Shown: positions 28,040 to 37,728 of the stretch, piece after piece
Position numbering within the stretch: the stretch's first letter is position 1
Layout: the number at the start of each line of letters is the position of its first letter
Assembly: GCA_964451305.1 (NCBI GenBank)
Contig: CAYVHV010000006.1
Span: 10,820 to 74,819 of the forward strand
DNA from: an uncultured Acidimicrobiales bacterium
Lineage (GTDB): Bacteria > Actinomycetota > Acidimicrobiia > Acidimicrobiales > SHLQ01
Reading direction: 5' to 3'
DNA: 64,000 nt
The notes under the pieces: model-generated
Told to the model about the DNA's origin: nothing
Database searches by the model: none
Seen by the model: only the letters and a program-made list of their open reading frames with translations
Position numbers and translations under genes: made by a program

Positions 28040-28444
28040 ATGTCTGTCACAGAGAACACTCCAATGGACCACGTCGATCACGACGGTATGGATCACGATC
28101 ACGATCACGAACACCCAACAGATCGAAGCTACGTGATGATCGCTCTCGGTCTTGCCGTGCTCACCGCGGTCGAGGTTCTGCTCTTCGTCCTCGAGGATTG
28201 GATCGGCGACAACCTTGGTCTCGGCAGTGTGAAGATTGCCCTAGTCCTCTTGATGATCGTCAAGTTCTGGATTGTCGGTGCGTACTTCATGCACCTCAAG
28301 TTCGATAACCCGATCCTCACTCAGCTGTTTCTGTTTGGGCTCGTACTAGCGGTCGTGGTGTATTTCATCATGCTGTCCGCGTTTGAGTTCTCGTTCTGGA
28401 ACGACGGCTTCGAAGACACCGGTTTACCCGGGGGAATTAGCTAG
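28040..28444 (+). CDS. ctaF: cytochrome c oxidase subunit IV (prokaryotic CtaF/COX4_pro type)
   Basis: Three TM helices, VKFWIVGAYFMHLKFD motif, His/Asp-rich N-terminus. Confidence 0.75.
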   Translation: MSVTENTPMDHVDHDGMDHDHDHEHPTDRSYVMIALGLAVLTAVEVLLFVLEDWIGDNLGLGSVKIALVLLMIVKFWIVGAYFMHLKFDNPILTQLFLFGLVLAVVVYFIMLSAFEFSFWNDGFEDTGLPGGIS

Positions 28445-28446
28445 CT

Positions 28447-29358
28447 GTGTTGCTGGCTCAAGAGATCAACCCGTGGCAGTACCAACCTCACCCCGAGGTC
28501 TGGGTTCTCGTTCTTGGGATTGTGGGCTTGGGCTTCTACGCGACTCGGGTGATCGGCCCGAAGGTCGTTACTGAAGGTTCGCTCGATTCGGACGGAAATC
28601 CACTCGAAATCGCAACCGTTCGTCAACGGCGATTCTTCGCTGGTGCGGTCGTGACCTTGGCGATCGCCGCCGATTGGCCAATGCACGACATTGCGGAGCG
28701 GTATCTGTACTCGGTGCACATGTTCCAGCATCTGCTGATCACGTTCTTCATCCCGATTCTGTTCTTAAAGGCCACGCCTGAGTGGCTTGCTCGCCTGATC
28801 CTCGGCGGTGGCGATCAAGGCCGCACCCTGGTCGGAAAGCTTGCAAAGCCAGTCGCTGCTGGCGTCACCTTCAATTTCCTTGCTGCGCTCACCCACTGGA
28901 ACGGAATCGTTCAACTCTCCTTCGATTCTGGTCCCTTTCACTACGGCATCCATCTCCTGATGTTCAGCTCGGCGCTGCTCATGTGGCTTCCCGTCCATGG
29001 CCCGCTTCCAGAACTTCGCCTCAAGGTGCCAGCACAGGTCATCTACCTGTTCCTCATGTCGATCATTCCAACGATCCCTGCTGGCTGGCTGACCTTCGCC
29101 GACAACCCGGTGTATCCGGCGTACGACACGGTCGATCGTCTGTGGAACATCAGCGCCGTCAACGACCAGCAGATGGCTGGCTTCATCATGAAGGTGCTCG
29201 GCGGCTTCTTCTTGTGGGTCATGATCGGAATCAAGTTCTTCGGCTATGCGGCGAAAGAACGTGCGTCAGACCTCGAGAAGCGTGTTGTTCGTCCCCTCAC
29301 CTATGACGAGGTAACGAACGAGTTCAACCGCAGCGAGCCATCGCGCGTCGAGTTGTAG
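28447..29358 (+). CDS. ctaG: cytochrome c oxidase assembly factor CtaG (Caa3_CtaG family)
   Basis: YSVHMFQHLLITFFIPILFL, multi-pass membrane protein, last gene of the cta operon. Confidence 0.8.
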   Translation: MLLAQEINPWQYQPHPEVWVLVLGIVGLGFYATRVIGPKVVTEGSLDSDGNPLEIATVRQRRFFAGAVVTLAIAADWPMHDIAERYLYSVHMFQHLLITFFIPILFLKATPEWLARLILGGGDQGRTLVGKLAKPVAAGVTFNFLAALTHWNGIVQLSFDSGPFHYGIHLLMFSSALLMWLPVHGPLPELRLKVPAQVIYLFLMSIIPTIPAGWLTFADNPVYPAYDTVDRLWNISAVNDQQMAGFIMKVLGGFFLWVMIGIKFFGYAAKERASDLEKRVVRPLTYDEVTNEFNRSEPSRVEL

Positions 29359-29514
29359 CCTCCAGATACTCCCGCAAGATTCTGCGGCAGCGCGCCTTGC
29401 CTGTGCGCAGAAACTCACTCTGCGTATTTGTGTCAGGGATTATTCCGCAGAAGTTGTCGCACAAAGTGGCGATGCGAATAGTATTGGCTACTAACTGGGC
29501 GACAGGAGTAGGGC

Positions 29515-31518
29515 ATGGTTGCGGGCGGCGGGCTTTCATTGACGGACGACGAGGTCGTCGCGTCTTTTGACATCTTCGACACGGTCGTGACGCGACGCGT
29601 TGGTGATCCTCGATCAGCGTTCCTGTCGCTGGGCCGACGCCTCCACGGACAGGCGCGGATCGGTTGTTCAGCCCATGCGTTCGCGAAGGCCCGCACCGAC
29701 GCCGAAGTCCGCACGTTCCGAAACGCTGGTGGACTCGATTCTGATGTCACCCTCCACGACATCTACTGCGAACTCGGAAATGCGCTGCATTGGACCGAGG
29801 AGAAGATTGCACGGTTATACCAAGCGGAACTCGAACTCGAGTCAGAGTTGCTCGTCACGATTGCGGATGGAAAACAGCGCGTCGAAAAGGCACGGGACAA
29901 GGGGGAACGCATCGTCTACGTCTCCGACATGTATCTTCCGGCTGACTACCTCGAAACGATGCTCCGTGAGCGAGGGCTCTTTGTCGACGGCGACACGCTC
30001 ATCGTGTCCAACGAAAAGAGTGCTTCTAAAGCCACCGGCAAGTTGTGGCCAATAGCTCTTCGCGAGCTCGGTACGGATCCGCACTGGGTCTGTCATATCG
30101 GCAACGATGCGAAGAGCGATGGCCGGACAGCTCGCAAGGCCGGTATGTGTGCTCTCGTGCTCGAACAGAACAACCTCAATCGATATGAACGAGCGCTGGA
30201 ACGTCACCGCGATGCAACCGATGGCCTGAGCTCTGCAATTGCCGGTGCGAGTCGTCTCGCCCGGCTCGATCCTCCAGATCCGACACGGACTGCACTATCG
30301 GATGTCGCTGCCGGCGTGGTTGCGCCGTTCGTCATCGGCAATCTCCTGTGGACGCTCGAAGTCGCTCGCAAGGAAAACCTCGCCGAGCTCTTCTTCGTTG
30401 CTCGCGATGGCCAGATCCTTTGTGATGTCGCCCGCATCTTGGCCTCGAAAGTTGGCTACACGGGCAAGCTCACATACGTCTACGGAAGTCGACAGGCCTG
30501 GTCGCTTGGCGGGCTGACATCGATCAGCCCAAAACGGCTCGAACCAATGATTCCTGACTCGGGTGATGTGGACGCAACGTTGCGATGCGTTCTTTCTCGC
30601 CTGGCGTTGAGCCCTGAGGAGATTTCGCTTCCTCTTGCTCACGCAGGCTTTCATCGTGCGACATGGGGCCGCCCGCTCGTCGACGATCAACCGTCCCAGC
30701 TGCGATCGCTGTTGTGCGAGGACCCAGAAATTTCGCGTCTCCTACGAGACAAAGCAAAGACGTCGCGCGAGCTCGTGCTCGCCTATCTCGATTCTGTCGG
30801 AGCGCTCACCGATCAACCTATTGGGTTCGTTGACCTCGGAACTGGTGCGACCCTGTTCAATTCACTCGGTGCCATCCTTAGTACGGTCGGCCAGAAACCT
30901 CCGCTCGGCTTCTATTTCGGTCTCCGATCAAAGGTCACTGATGTCGGCTTCGGAAAGCCACTGACCTATGTGCGTAACGAGGACGAACGGCTCGGATTCC
31001 TGAGCACTCCAGGGTTGTTGACGATGGTCGAACTCGCGTGCACCGCTGGCCACGGTTCGGTGACTGGCTATGAAGATGTCGATGGTCTTGTCGTTCCGCA
31101 ATTCGATGAGTTCGGCAACGATCCGGTTGTTCAGTGGGGTCTGCCGGTTATCTCCAAGACCGTGTGCCGGGTCGCCGAAGAGCTCCTTCTCGCTCCGGAT
31201 CTTGTGGGCTCTGAAGGAATCGACCTGCGTCCGGCCATCCTCGAGGTGTTCAACCTGTTTTGGAACTCGCCGACAGCCGAGGAAGCCCAGGTTTGGGGTT
31301 CATATCCCTTTGAGGATGGCTGGGGCAAGCAGTCGTTCCGTCATCCAATCGCCGAGGCCCGAGGCCTACTCGATGCCGTGCGCCGCCAGCCATATCGACA
31401 TTGGTGGGAAGAAGGATCGGCACAGCTGAGCGGCCCAGTAGCTCGTAAGGCATTCGAGTCTCGTCGGCTCGCGAAGGACGTTGTACAAAAAGTTCGCAAA
31501 CGCTTGCCTATCGGGTAG
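29515..31518 (+). CDS. large (667 aa) protein with an N-terminal HAD-superfamily-like hydrolase domain
   Basis: SFDIFDTVVTRR, VYVSDMY, KATGKLW and HIGNDAKSD resemble HAD motifs I-IV. The C-terminal ~430 aa has no motif I recognise. Confidence 0.5.
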   Translation: MVAGGGLSLTDDEVVASFDIFDTVVTRRVGDPRSAFLSLGRRLHGQARIGCSAHAFAKARTDAEVRTFRNAGGLDSDVTLHDIYCELGNALHWTEEKIARLYQAELELESELLVTIADGKQRVEKARDKGERIVYVSDMYLPADYLETMLRERGLFVDGDTLIVSNEKSASKATGKLWPIALRELGTDPHWVCHIGNDAKSDGRTARKAGMCALVLEQNNLNRYERALERHRDATDGLSSAIAGASRLARLDPPDPTRTALSDVAAGVVAPFVIGNLLWTLEVARKENLAELFFVARDGQILCDVARILASKVGYTGKLTYVYGSRQAWSLGGLTSISPKRLEPMIPDSGDVDATLRCVLSRLALSPEEISLPLAHAGFHRATWGRPLVDDQPSQLRSLLCEDPEISRLLRDKAKTSRELVLAYLDSVGALTDQPIGFVDLGTGATLFNSLGAILSTVGQKPPLGFYFGLRSKVTDVGFGKPLTYVRNEDERLGFLSTPGLLTMVELACTAGHGSVTGYEDVDGLVVPQFDEFGNDPVVQWGLPVISKTVCRVAEELLLAPDLVGSEGIDLRPAILEVFNLFWNSPTAEEAQVWGSYPFEDGWGKQSFRHPIAEARGLLDAVRRQPYRHWWEEGSAQLSGPVARKAFESRRLAKDVVQKVRKRLPIG

Positions 31519-31552
31519 CACCGAATCTGGCGGTCCGCCGTAACGTGGACAG

Positions 31553-31990
31553 GTGTCCCGCAATCAGTCGAGCCCGTCAAAGCTTAAGGTTGTTGCGCGC
31601 GGCTTTGCCGGGGCCTGCGGCGTGTGCGGCAAGTGGCGCTTGAGCCGACAATGGCTGACAGTTACCGAACGATGCCCTCGCTGCAACTTTCCCATTGAAC
31701 GCAAAGAAGGTCACTTCGTCGGGGCGGTAGGAATGAATACCATCGTCACCTTTGGCGTCGTGTTGGTCGCGCTCATCGTAGCACTCGTGATTACCGGAGG
31801 GGATCCATCGTCGCCGTGGCTGATGGTCAGCATCGTGGCCGCGATCGGAGCGGTCACCGGCATCATCTTCTATCCGGTATCGAGAACGCTGTGGAGTGCG
31901 ATCGATCTGCTGATCGTGCCACTCGAGCCAGGCGAAGTCGATCCCCGCTTCGACCCGTCGGTCTCACTCGACAAGTCAGACGCTGAGTAG
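31553..31990 (+). CDS. DUF983-like zinc-ribbon membrane protein
   Basis: CGVCGK...CPRCNF zinc ribbon followed by two hydrophobic helices. Confidence 0.55.
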   Translation: MSRNQSSPSKLKVVARGFAGACGVCGKWRLSRQWLTVTERCPRCNFPIERKEGHFVGAVGMNTIVTFGVVLVALIVALVITGGDPSSPWLMVSIVAAIGAVTGIIFYPVSRTLWSAIDLLIVPLEPGEVDPRFDPSVSLDKSDAE

Positions 31991-32044
31991 AGCCGATCAC
32001 GGTTCACCCGCGGGAGGTTCTGCGCGTGTTGTAGCGTCCAAAAC

Positions 32045-32752
32045 ATGGTTGTCGACAACACTGCGGAGGCCGCGCACCATCGAAACGAAGAAGCGATGGT
32101 GGCGTGCATGGAGGCCCAGGGCTTCGAGTACTTTGCTCGACCATTTGATGACGTGCGCGGTTTCGTATTTCGAAACCCAGAGACTGGCGAGGTTATGGAG
32201 GAGGCGGCGTTCGCGGCTGCCTACGGTCTAGGGATCGTGTCGGGAACTGCTACTTCCATCGAGCAGGTGCTCGAGACTGACCCGAACGCTGCGTACCAGT
32301 ACTCCTTGTCTGAGGAACAACGAGAGCACTACGACGCCGCGCGAGATGCTTGCGATCAGAAGATCTTTGGAGCGGTGATCGCTCCGGACATCGATGAGGC
32401 GACGTCGGAGGAGATGGGTCGTAGGTGGGACGAAGTGGAGGAGCTCGTTCTCTCCCACCCGGAGATTGTTGCAGCCCTCGCTACGTGGCGACAGCACATG
32501 TCTGCCAACGGATTCGAGTACTCCGACTACGACGAAGCGGTGGAACACCTAGAAGAAGAGTTCAACGCGCTTCTCAACGAGGCAATGGAACGTGGTCGTC
32601 CGTTGTCTGAGGCTCAGCTACACGAGTTCCAGCAACGCGAGATCAGCTTTGCTGTGGCCAACCTCGAAGCGGGAGGTGGCGAGTCGGGGATTGGGGCTCG
32701 ATACCAAGAGCTGTTCGACCAGATTATGGATGAGCGCTACGGCGAGAGCTGA
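32045..32752 (+). CDS. acidic hypothetical protein
   Basis: Intact ORF with coding-like periodicity and an internal repeat of the motif (A/S)(Q/N)GFEY. No signal peptide. An upstream in-frame stop lies at 31988. Confidence 0.5.
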   Translation: MVVDNTAEAAHHRNEEAMVACMEAQGFEYFARPFDDVRGFVFRNPETGEVMEEAAFAAAYGLGIVSGTATSIEQVLETDPNAAYQYSLSEEQREHYDAARDACDQKIFGAVIAPDIDEATSEEMGRRWDEVEELVLSHPEIVAALATWRQHMSANGFEYSDYDEAVEHLEEEFNALLNEAMERGRPLSEAQLHEFQQREISFAVANLEAGGGESGIGARYQELFDQIMDERYGES

Positions 32753-32777
32753 TGCGGTGCGCTCGGCTGAATTCGAA

Positions 32778-34028
32778 CTACTCGGGAGCGTTAACCGAGG
32801 TGAACCCGGTGAAGGGCTGGAGTACGTCGGGGACAGCGAACGAGCCGTCGGCTTGCTGATAGTGCTCCATCAAGAACAGCAACATACGGCCCACGGCACA
32901 CGCCGTGCCGTTGAGCGTGTGCACGAACTCGGTGCCCTTCTCGCCTTTGGCGCGAGTGCCGAGGCGGCGCGCTGAGTAGTCGGTGTAGTTCGAACACGAC
33001 GTGAGCTCGCGATATGCACCTTCGCTCGGAAGCCAGACTTCGCAGTCGTACTTCTTCGCGGCCGGGTTGCCGAGGTCGCCAGCAGCGACATTGATCACGC
33101 GATACGGGAGGCTGAGATCATCGAGTATCTCCCGTTCGATCTCGAGCAGCATCTCGTGTTCTTCCCACGATTTTGCTGGGTCGCTCCAGATGAACATCTC
33201 GACCTTGTCGAACTGGTGGACTCGGAAGATGCCCGTCGTGTCTTTGCCGTACGTGCCGGCCTCGCGGCGGAAACACGAGGAGAAGCCGGCGTAGCGCAGC
33301 GGCAGGTCAGCGAGGTCGAGGCGGTCGCCGCGGTGAAGGCCAGCGAGTGGAATCTCCGAGGTGCCGACGAGGTACAGGTCGTCCTCGGGGATTGCGTACA
33401 CCTGGTGTTCGTCGGTTGGGAAGAACCCGGCGTCGATCATCATCTGCTCGCGAACGAGAACAGGGGGGACGGTCGGGATGAATCCGCGAGCGACGAGCTT
33501 CTGCATCACCCATTGCACGAGAGCGAACTCGAGCAGGACCGCTTCGCGCTGGAGGTAAGCAAACCGTGAACCGCTGACATCGGCGCCCTTTTCGGTGTTG
33601 ACCCATCCCATCGCTGCGCCGAACTCACCATGATCCAGCGGGGGAGGCGATGCTTGGTCGCCGACGGTCACGACCAACTCGAAGTCCTCTTCACCGCCAG
33701 CGGGAACCGACTCATGGGCCGGGTTCGGGACCTGGAGAACGAGCGCGTCGACCGCTGATTGAAGCTCGGTCAAGCCGGCTTCCTTATCCTTCAGTTCGTT
33801 CTTGAGGACGTTGGCTGCCTCGATCTTCGCGGGCCGCTCATCGGGCGACGCTTGGCCGATCTCCTTGGAGACGGCATTCGACTGACCTCGTAGCTCTTCG
33901 ACCTCGGTGAGCATGGTCCGCCGGTTCTGTTCGGCAGTGGCCAACTCGTCGAGTTGTTCAGCGGTAGCACCCTTCAGAATGGCGCCCGCACGGTAGGTCT
34001 CGTCGTCAAGAAGTCGAAGATTTATCAC
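32778..34028 (-). CDS. serS: seryl-tRNA synthetase
   Basis: N-terminal coiled-coil arm plus class II core (FRREAGTYGKDTTGIFRVHQF, GTACAVGR). Confidence 0.95.
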   Translation of the reverse strand: MINLRLLDDETYRAGAILKGATAEQLDELATAEQNRRTMLTEVEELRGQSNAVSKEIGQASPDERPAKIEAANVLKNELKDKEAGLTELQSAVDALVLQVPNPAHESVPAGGEEDFELVVTVGDQASPPPLDHGEFGAAMGWVNTEKGADVSGSRFAYLQREAVLLEFALVQWVMQKLVARGFIPTVPPVLVREQMMIDAGFFPTDEHQVYAIPEDDLYLVGTSEIPLAGLHRGDRLDLADLPLRYAGFSSCFRREAGTYGKDTTGIFRVHQFDKVEMFIWSDPAKSWEEHEMLLEIEREILDDLSLPYRVINVAAGDLGNPAAKKYDCEVWLPSEGAYRELTSCSNYTDYSARRLGTRAKGEKGTEFVHTLNGTACAVGRMLLFLMEHYQQADGSFAVPDVLQPFTGFTSVNAPE

Positions 34029-34052
34029 CTTCTGAGACTATCGTCCTGAGCA

Positions 34053-34715
34053 ATGGGCTTGAACGAACTTGCGAACGCACCTGGAACTCAACCGGTGCCT
34101 CCAAAACCTGAAGTCGCTTCAGAGATCCGAACGCTGACGCTGAAGATTGCGTTCGACAACGAATGGACCGAGGAGACATCGGCATGGATCACCGATCTGT
34201 TCGACGGAATGGCCGACGACTGGACGGCTGGGCACGACAACCCCGACCGAGATTTGCTGCTGCACGACGCGCTCGATCGAGGTCGTGATGGCTATCCGAT
34301 TGCCGGAGAGAGGGTCCTCGAACTCGGTTCGGGTACAAGCCTTGGTACGCGCGAACTGGCGAGGCGCTTCGACGATGTCGTGGCGCTCGACCGGTCGCAC
34401 GGCATGTTGGAGAACGCGCCGCCTGAGTACGGCCCGAGGGTGCTCGGTGATTCCGCGGCACTGCCCATCCAATCCAGCTCGATCGATGTGCTCGTTCTGG
34501 TGAACATGTTTCTTTTTCCGAGTGAAGCCGACCGCGTGCTAGCTCCGAGCGGATCGATCGTGTGGATCAATACCTTCGGTGAGAACACGCCGATTCATCT
34601 CACCGCCGAAGAGGTGCATGACGCCATGCCCGGCGACTGGAAGGTCACTCACAGCCGAGCAGGAACCGGCACCTGGGCAGTAGCCCGCCGCCCCCTCCCT
34701 CCAACAGAAATTTGA
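34053..34715 (+). CDS. class I SAM-dependent methyltransferase
   Basis: VLELGSGTSLGTRELARRFDDVVALDRSHGML (motif I and post-I). Confidence 0.8.
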   Translation: MGLNELANAPGTQPVPPKPEVASEIRTLTLKIAFDNEWTEETSAWITDLFDGMADDWTAGHDNPDRDLLLHDALDRGRDGYPIAGERVLELGSGTSLGTRELARRFDDVVALDRSHGMLENAPPEYGPRVLGDSAALPIQSSSIDVLVLVNMFLFPSEADRVLAPSGSIVWINTFGENTPIHLTAEEVHDAMPGDWKVTHSRAGTGTWAVARRPLPPTEI

Positions 34716-34766
34716 AGAGTTATGGTCCTGACAGGACCAGCATCCTTCAAATTTCGGTTTGCACTG

Positions 34767-36242
34767 CTATTCGTCTCGCATGACGGCGACGTCGTGGGGG
34801 TGGCTTTCTCGCAGGCCGGACTGGGTGATGCGGACGAGTCGGCTGCGGGTACGGAGCTCGGAAATATCGGCGGCCCCGGCATACCCCATTCCAGAGCGAA
34901 GGCCACCAGCCATTTGGCCGATGAGGTCAGAGATTGAACCGGCGTAGCGCACACGGGCTTCGACGCCCTCGGCAACATGTTTGCCGGGGGCCTGGCCGGA
35001 TCCGTAGCGGTCGGCAGCGCGGCCTCGCATCGCTCCGGCTGAACCCATGCCTCGGTACGTCTTCCACATCGCGCCATCGACGAGCTCGAGTTCGCCCGGT
35101 GCTTCGTCGGTTCCAGCGAGGAGGTTGCCGACCATTACCGCATGTGCGCCTGCGGCGAAACATTTGACGATGTCGCCAGAAGTGACGACTCCACCGTCGG
35201 CGATGATTGGGACGTTCAATTCCTTTGCGGCTTGAGCACATTCATAGATGGCGCTCATCTGTGGCATGCCAGCGCCAGCAACAATTCGGGTGGTGCAGAT
35301 ACTGCCCGCACCGACGCCGACCTTGACTGCATCAGCGCCCGCTTCGACGAGGGCTTCGACGCCCTCGGCGGTCACCACGTTGCCGCCGACGACCACGATC
35401 TCGGGCCAGCCCTTCTTGATGGTACGAACGGCGTCGATCACGCCTGCGGTGTGACCGTGTGCGGTATCGATGACGAGCATGTCGACACCGGCTTCGGCGA
35501 GAAGCTCGGTTCGCTCGAGGACATCGGTAACTCCAACCGCAGCGCCGACACGAAGACGGCCAGCGGAGTCGAGACTCGCGAGGGGCTTTTCGATGCGCTT
35601 GTCGATGTCTTTCACGGTGATGAGACCGGCGAGGACGCCGTCATCGTCGACCAGCGGCAGCTTCTCGATGCGATGCTCGTGCAGGATGGCCTTGGCCTCT
35701 TCGAGCGTGGTCCCGGTCTTGGCAGTGACGAGGTTGTCACTCGTCATGAAATCGGTGACGGGCCGATCGAACTCGTCTTCGGTACAAAAACGGATATCGC
35801 GGTTTGTCAGGATGCCGACGAGCGTGCCGTCGTCCTCACAGATCGGGACACCACTGATCTTGTGGGTCGCCATCAGGTTCTCGGCGTCGTTCAACGTGGC
35901 AGCAGGACTCAGCGAGATCGGGTTGGAGATCATTCCGGCCTGCGCCCGCTTCACCAGGTCGACCTGGTGGGCTTGCTCGGCGGGGGACAAGTTGCGATGA
36001 AGGATGCCGATGCCGCCTTCGCGGGCCATCGAGACGGCGAGTGGAGCTTCGGTGACCGTGTCCATCGCTGCTGACATCAGCGGTACACGCAGTTCGATTC
36101 CGCCGATGGTCGTGCTGGTGTCGACCGAGTCTGGAAGAACTTCGCTGTAGCCGGGGACGACGAGTACATCGTCGAAGGTCAGCGCCTGACCGTTTGCGAA
36201 GAGGGCCTTGTTCGGGTCGAAAATATCATTTGTGGCTGCCAT
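34767..36242 (-). CDS. guaB: IMP dehydrogenase
   Basis: [18 protein letters not shown], a CBS pair, and the catalytic loop [11 protein letters not shown]. Confidence 0.95.
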   Translation of the reverse strand: MAATNDIFDPNKALFANGQALTFDDVLVVPGYSEVLPDSVDTSTTIGGIELRVPLMSAAMDTVTEAPLAVSMAREGGIGILHRNLSPAEQAHQVDLVKRAQAGMISNPISLSPAATLNDAENLMATHKISGVPICEDDGTLVGILTNRDIRFCTEDEFDRPVTDFMTSDNLVTAKTGTTLEEAKAILHEHRIEKLPLVDDDGVLAGLITVKDIDKRIEKPLASLDSAGRLRVGAAVGVTDVLERTELLAEAGVDMLVIDTAHGHTAGVIDAVRTIKKGWPEIVVVGGNVVTAEGVEALVEAGADAVKVGVGAGSICTTRIVAGAGMPQMSAIYECAQAAKELNVPIIADGGVVTSGDIVKCFAAGAHAVMVGNLLAGTDEAPGELELVDGAMWKTYRGMGSAGAMRGRAADRYGSGQAPGKHVAEGVEARVRYAGSISDLIGQMAGGLRSGMGYAGAADISELRTRSRLVRITQSGLRESHPHDVAVMRDE

Positions 36243-36318
36243 GAATGCACGTTAGTTGGTTCCGCGGCGCCTATGTCCAGCAGAGCTACCTGATGTGACA
36301 GATTTTGCTATCGACGGG

Positions 36319-36663
36319 TTACGAAAGCGCGATGCCAAGGAGGGCCGCACCAACGCCGAGGATCGTCGACGCGAGCACGTACGTCGCCGCCTTTTCCGTC
36401 GTCGCTTCTCGATTGAGACGCTCCACCTGCGAGATAAACGTGGAGAACGTCGTGAGCGCACCGAGCCCACCAATAGCGGTGATGATCGCCACGTCGGCCT
36501 CAGATGCACTGAGGATTCCGAAGAAAAATGAACCCACGACATTGACGATCAACGTGCCGACTAGTTGCCGGTTGAACTCGGCATCGAGGCCGGTGATGAC
36601 AACCCGTAGAAACGTCCCGATCGACCCGGCGAGGAAAATTCCAATGGCGATAGTGAGAGTCAT
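36319..36663 (-). CDS. crcB: fluoride channel CrcB/FEX family, copy 2
   Basis: GTLIVNVVGSFFFG and GGLGALTTFSTF motifs. Start set at MTLTIA (ATG 36663), overlapping the upstream crcB stop (ATGA). Confidence 0.85.
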   Translation of the reverse strand: MTLTIAIGIFLAGSIGTFLRVVITGLDAEFNRQLVGTLIVNVVGSFFFGILSASEADVAIITAIGGLGALTTFSTFISQVERLNREATTEKAATYVLASTILGVGAALLGIALS

Positions 36664-37058
36664 GTTCGGCGCACCGCCGATGGGGTAGGGGGAGCTTGAG
36701 GACCAGGTTGTATCCAGCCACTGACCGCGGCGAACGCGACAAATCCAGCGGCGAGGGACGCCAACAGGTAGACGATCGCAAGTGTTGACCGGCCGTCGTT
36801 GGTGAGCGACGCGACCTCGACGGTGAAGGTCGAGAATGTGGTGAGGCCACCGCAGAAACCAACGCCGAGGATCCGGCGCTGCGACCGAGTGCGCGTCGGC
36901 GAGCTGACGAGCGCGAGCAGAGCGCATCCAACGATGTTGACGACGAACGTCGCCCACGGAAACGAGGTACTTGGGAGCAGTTCGCCAACGCCGTATCGGG
37001 TGACTGCACCGACGGCTCCGCCGATGGCAATAAAAACAACATCGCCGCTGAGCTTCAT
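36660..37058 (-). CDS. crcB: fluoride channel CrcB/FEX family, copy 1
   Basis: ATFVVNIVGCALLA and GFCGGLTTFSTF motifs. Confidence 0.85.
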   Translation of the reverse strand: MKLSGDVVFIAIGGAVGAVTRYGVGELLPSTSFPWATFVVNIVGCALLALVSSPTRTRSQRRILGVGFCGGLTTFSTFTVEVASLTNDGRSTLAIVYLLASLAAGFVAFAAVSGWIQPGPQAPPTPSAVRRT

Positions 37059-37089
37059 GTGCTCACCGTAGTGGGGCGTAGGTTTGCAT

Positions 37090-37728
37090 ATGGACTTGTC
37101 CGATCAGCGGATGCCCTACGAGGCCGAACGCATCGATTTCGATTCCCTGCCCGACGACCCGATCATCCAATTTGCAACGTGGTTTGGTGAGGCGCAGGCA
37201 AGTGCCGAGCCAGAGGCGTATGCGATGGTCGTGTCGACCGTCGACGCCGACGGCTGGCCAACCGGCCGGACGGTCTTGCTTCGACAATTCGATAAGGACG
37301 GGTTCGTCTTCTACACGAACTACGAGTCTGCGAAGGGTCAAGCGCTCGACGCCACCGGGCGTGCTGGCCTCACGTTTTACTGGGCGAGTCAACACCGTCA
37401 GATACACGTGTCTGGTGAGGTCAGCCGGCTGCGTGAAGAGGAATCGGATGCCTACTTCGCCAAGAGGCCGCGGGAAAGCCAACTCGGAGCGTGGGCAAGC
37501 GACCAAAGCGCAGAGCTTTCCGGTCGTGAGGAGTTGGAAGAACGTCTCGAAGAAGTCACCGCGCTCTTCGAAGGTCGAGACGTCGATCGGCCCGGGTTTT
37601 GGGGTGGATACCGAGTGGTGCCTCGATGGATCGAATTTTGGCAAGGTCAGCCAAACCGGTTGCACGATCGGATTCGCTACATCGCCGAACCGTCAGGAAA
37701 CTGGCGTCGGGCAATTCTCAACCCCTAG
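37090..37728 (+). CDS. pdxH: pyridoxamine 5'-phosphate oxidase
   Basis: C-terminal IEFWQGQPNRLHDRIRY and an N-terminal FMN-binding split-barrel pattern. TTG 37084 is an alternative start. Confidence 0.9.
   Translation: MDLSDQRMPYEAERIDFDSLPDDPIIQFATWFGEAQASAEPEAYAMVVSTVDADGWPTGRTVLLRQFDKDGFVFYTNYESAKGQALDATGRAGLTFYWASQHRQIHVSGEVSRLREEESDAYFAKRPRESQLGAWASDQSAELSGREELEERLEEVTALFEGRDVDRPGFWGGYRVVPRWIEFWQGQPNRLHDRIRYIAEPSGNWRRAILNP

Noticed and set aside
29359-29514. Possible terminator or regulatory structure after ctaG.
   Set aside because: Only a 6-bp imperfect stem (tctgcg...cgcaga) with no U-tract. I consider it not supportable.
37059-37089. Looked for a fluoride riboswitch upstream of the crcB pair.
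   Set aside because: Only about 30 nt separate the crcB start from the divergent pdxH start, which leaves no room for a crcB-motif RNA.
37725-37728. Convergent pdxH and thioesterase genes sharing a palindromic CTAG as overlapping stop codons.
   Set aside because: This is a trivial consequence of tight packing. No regulatory implication can be supported.
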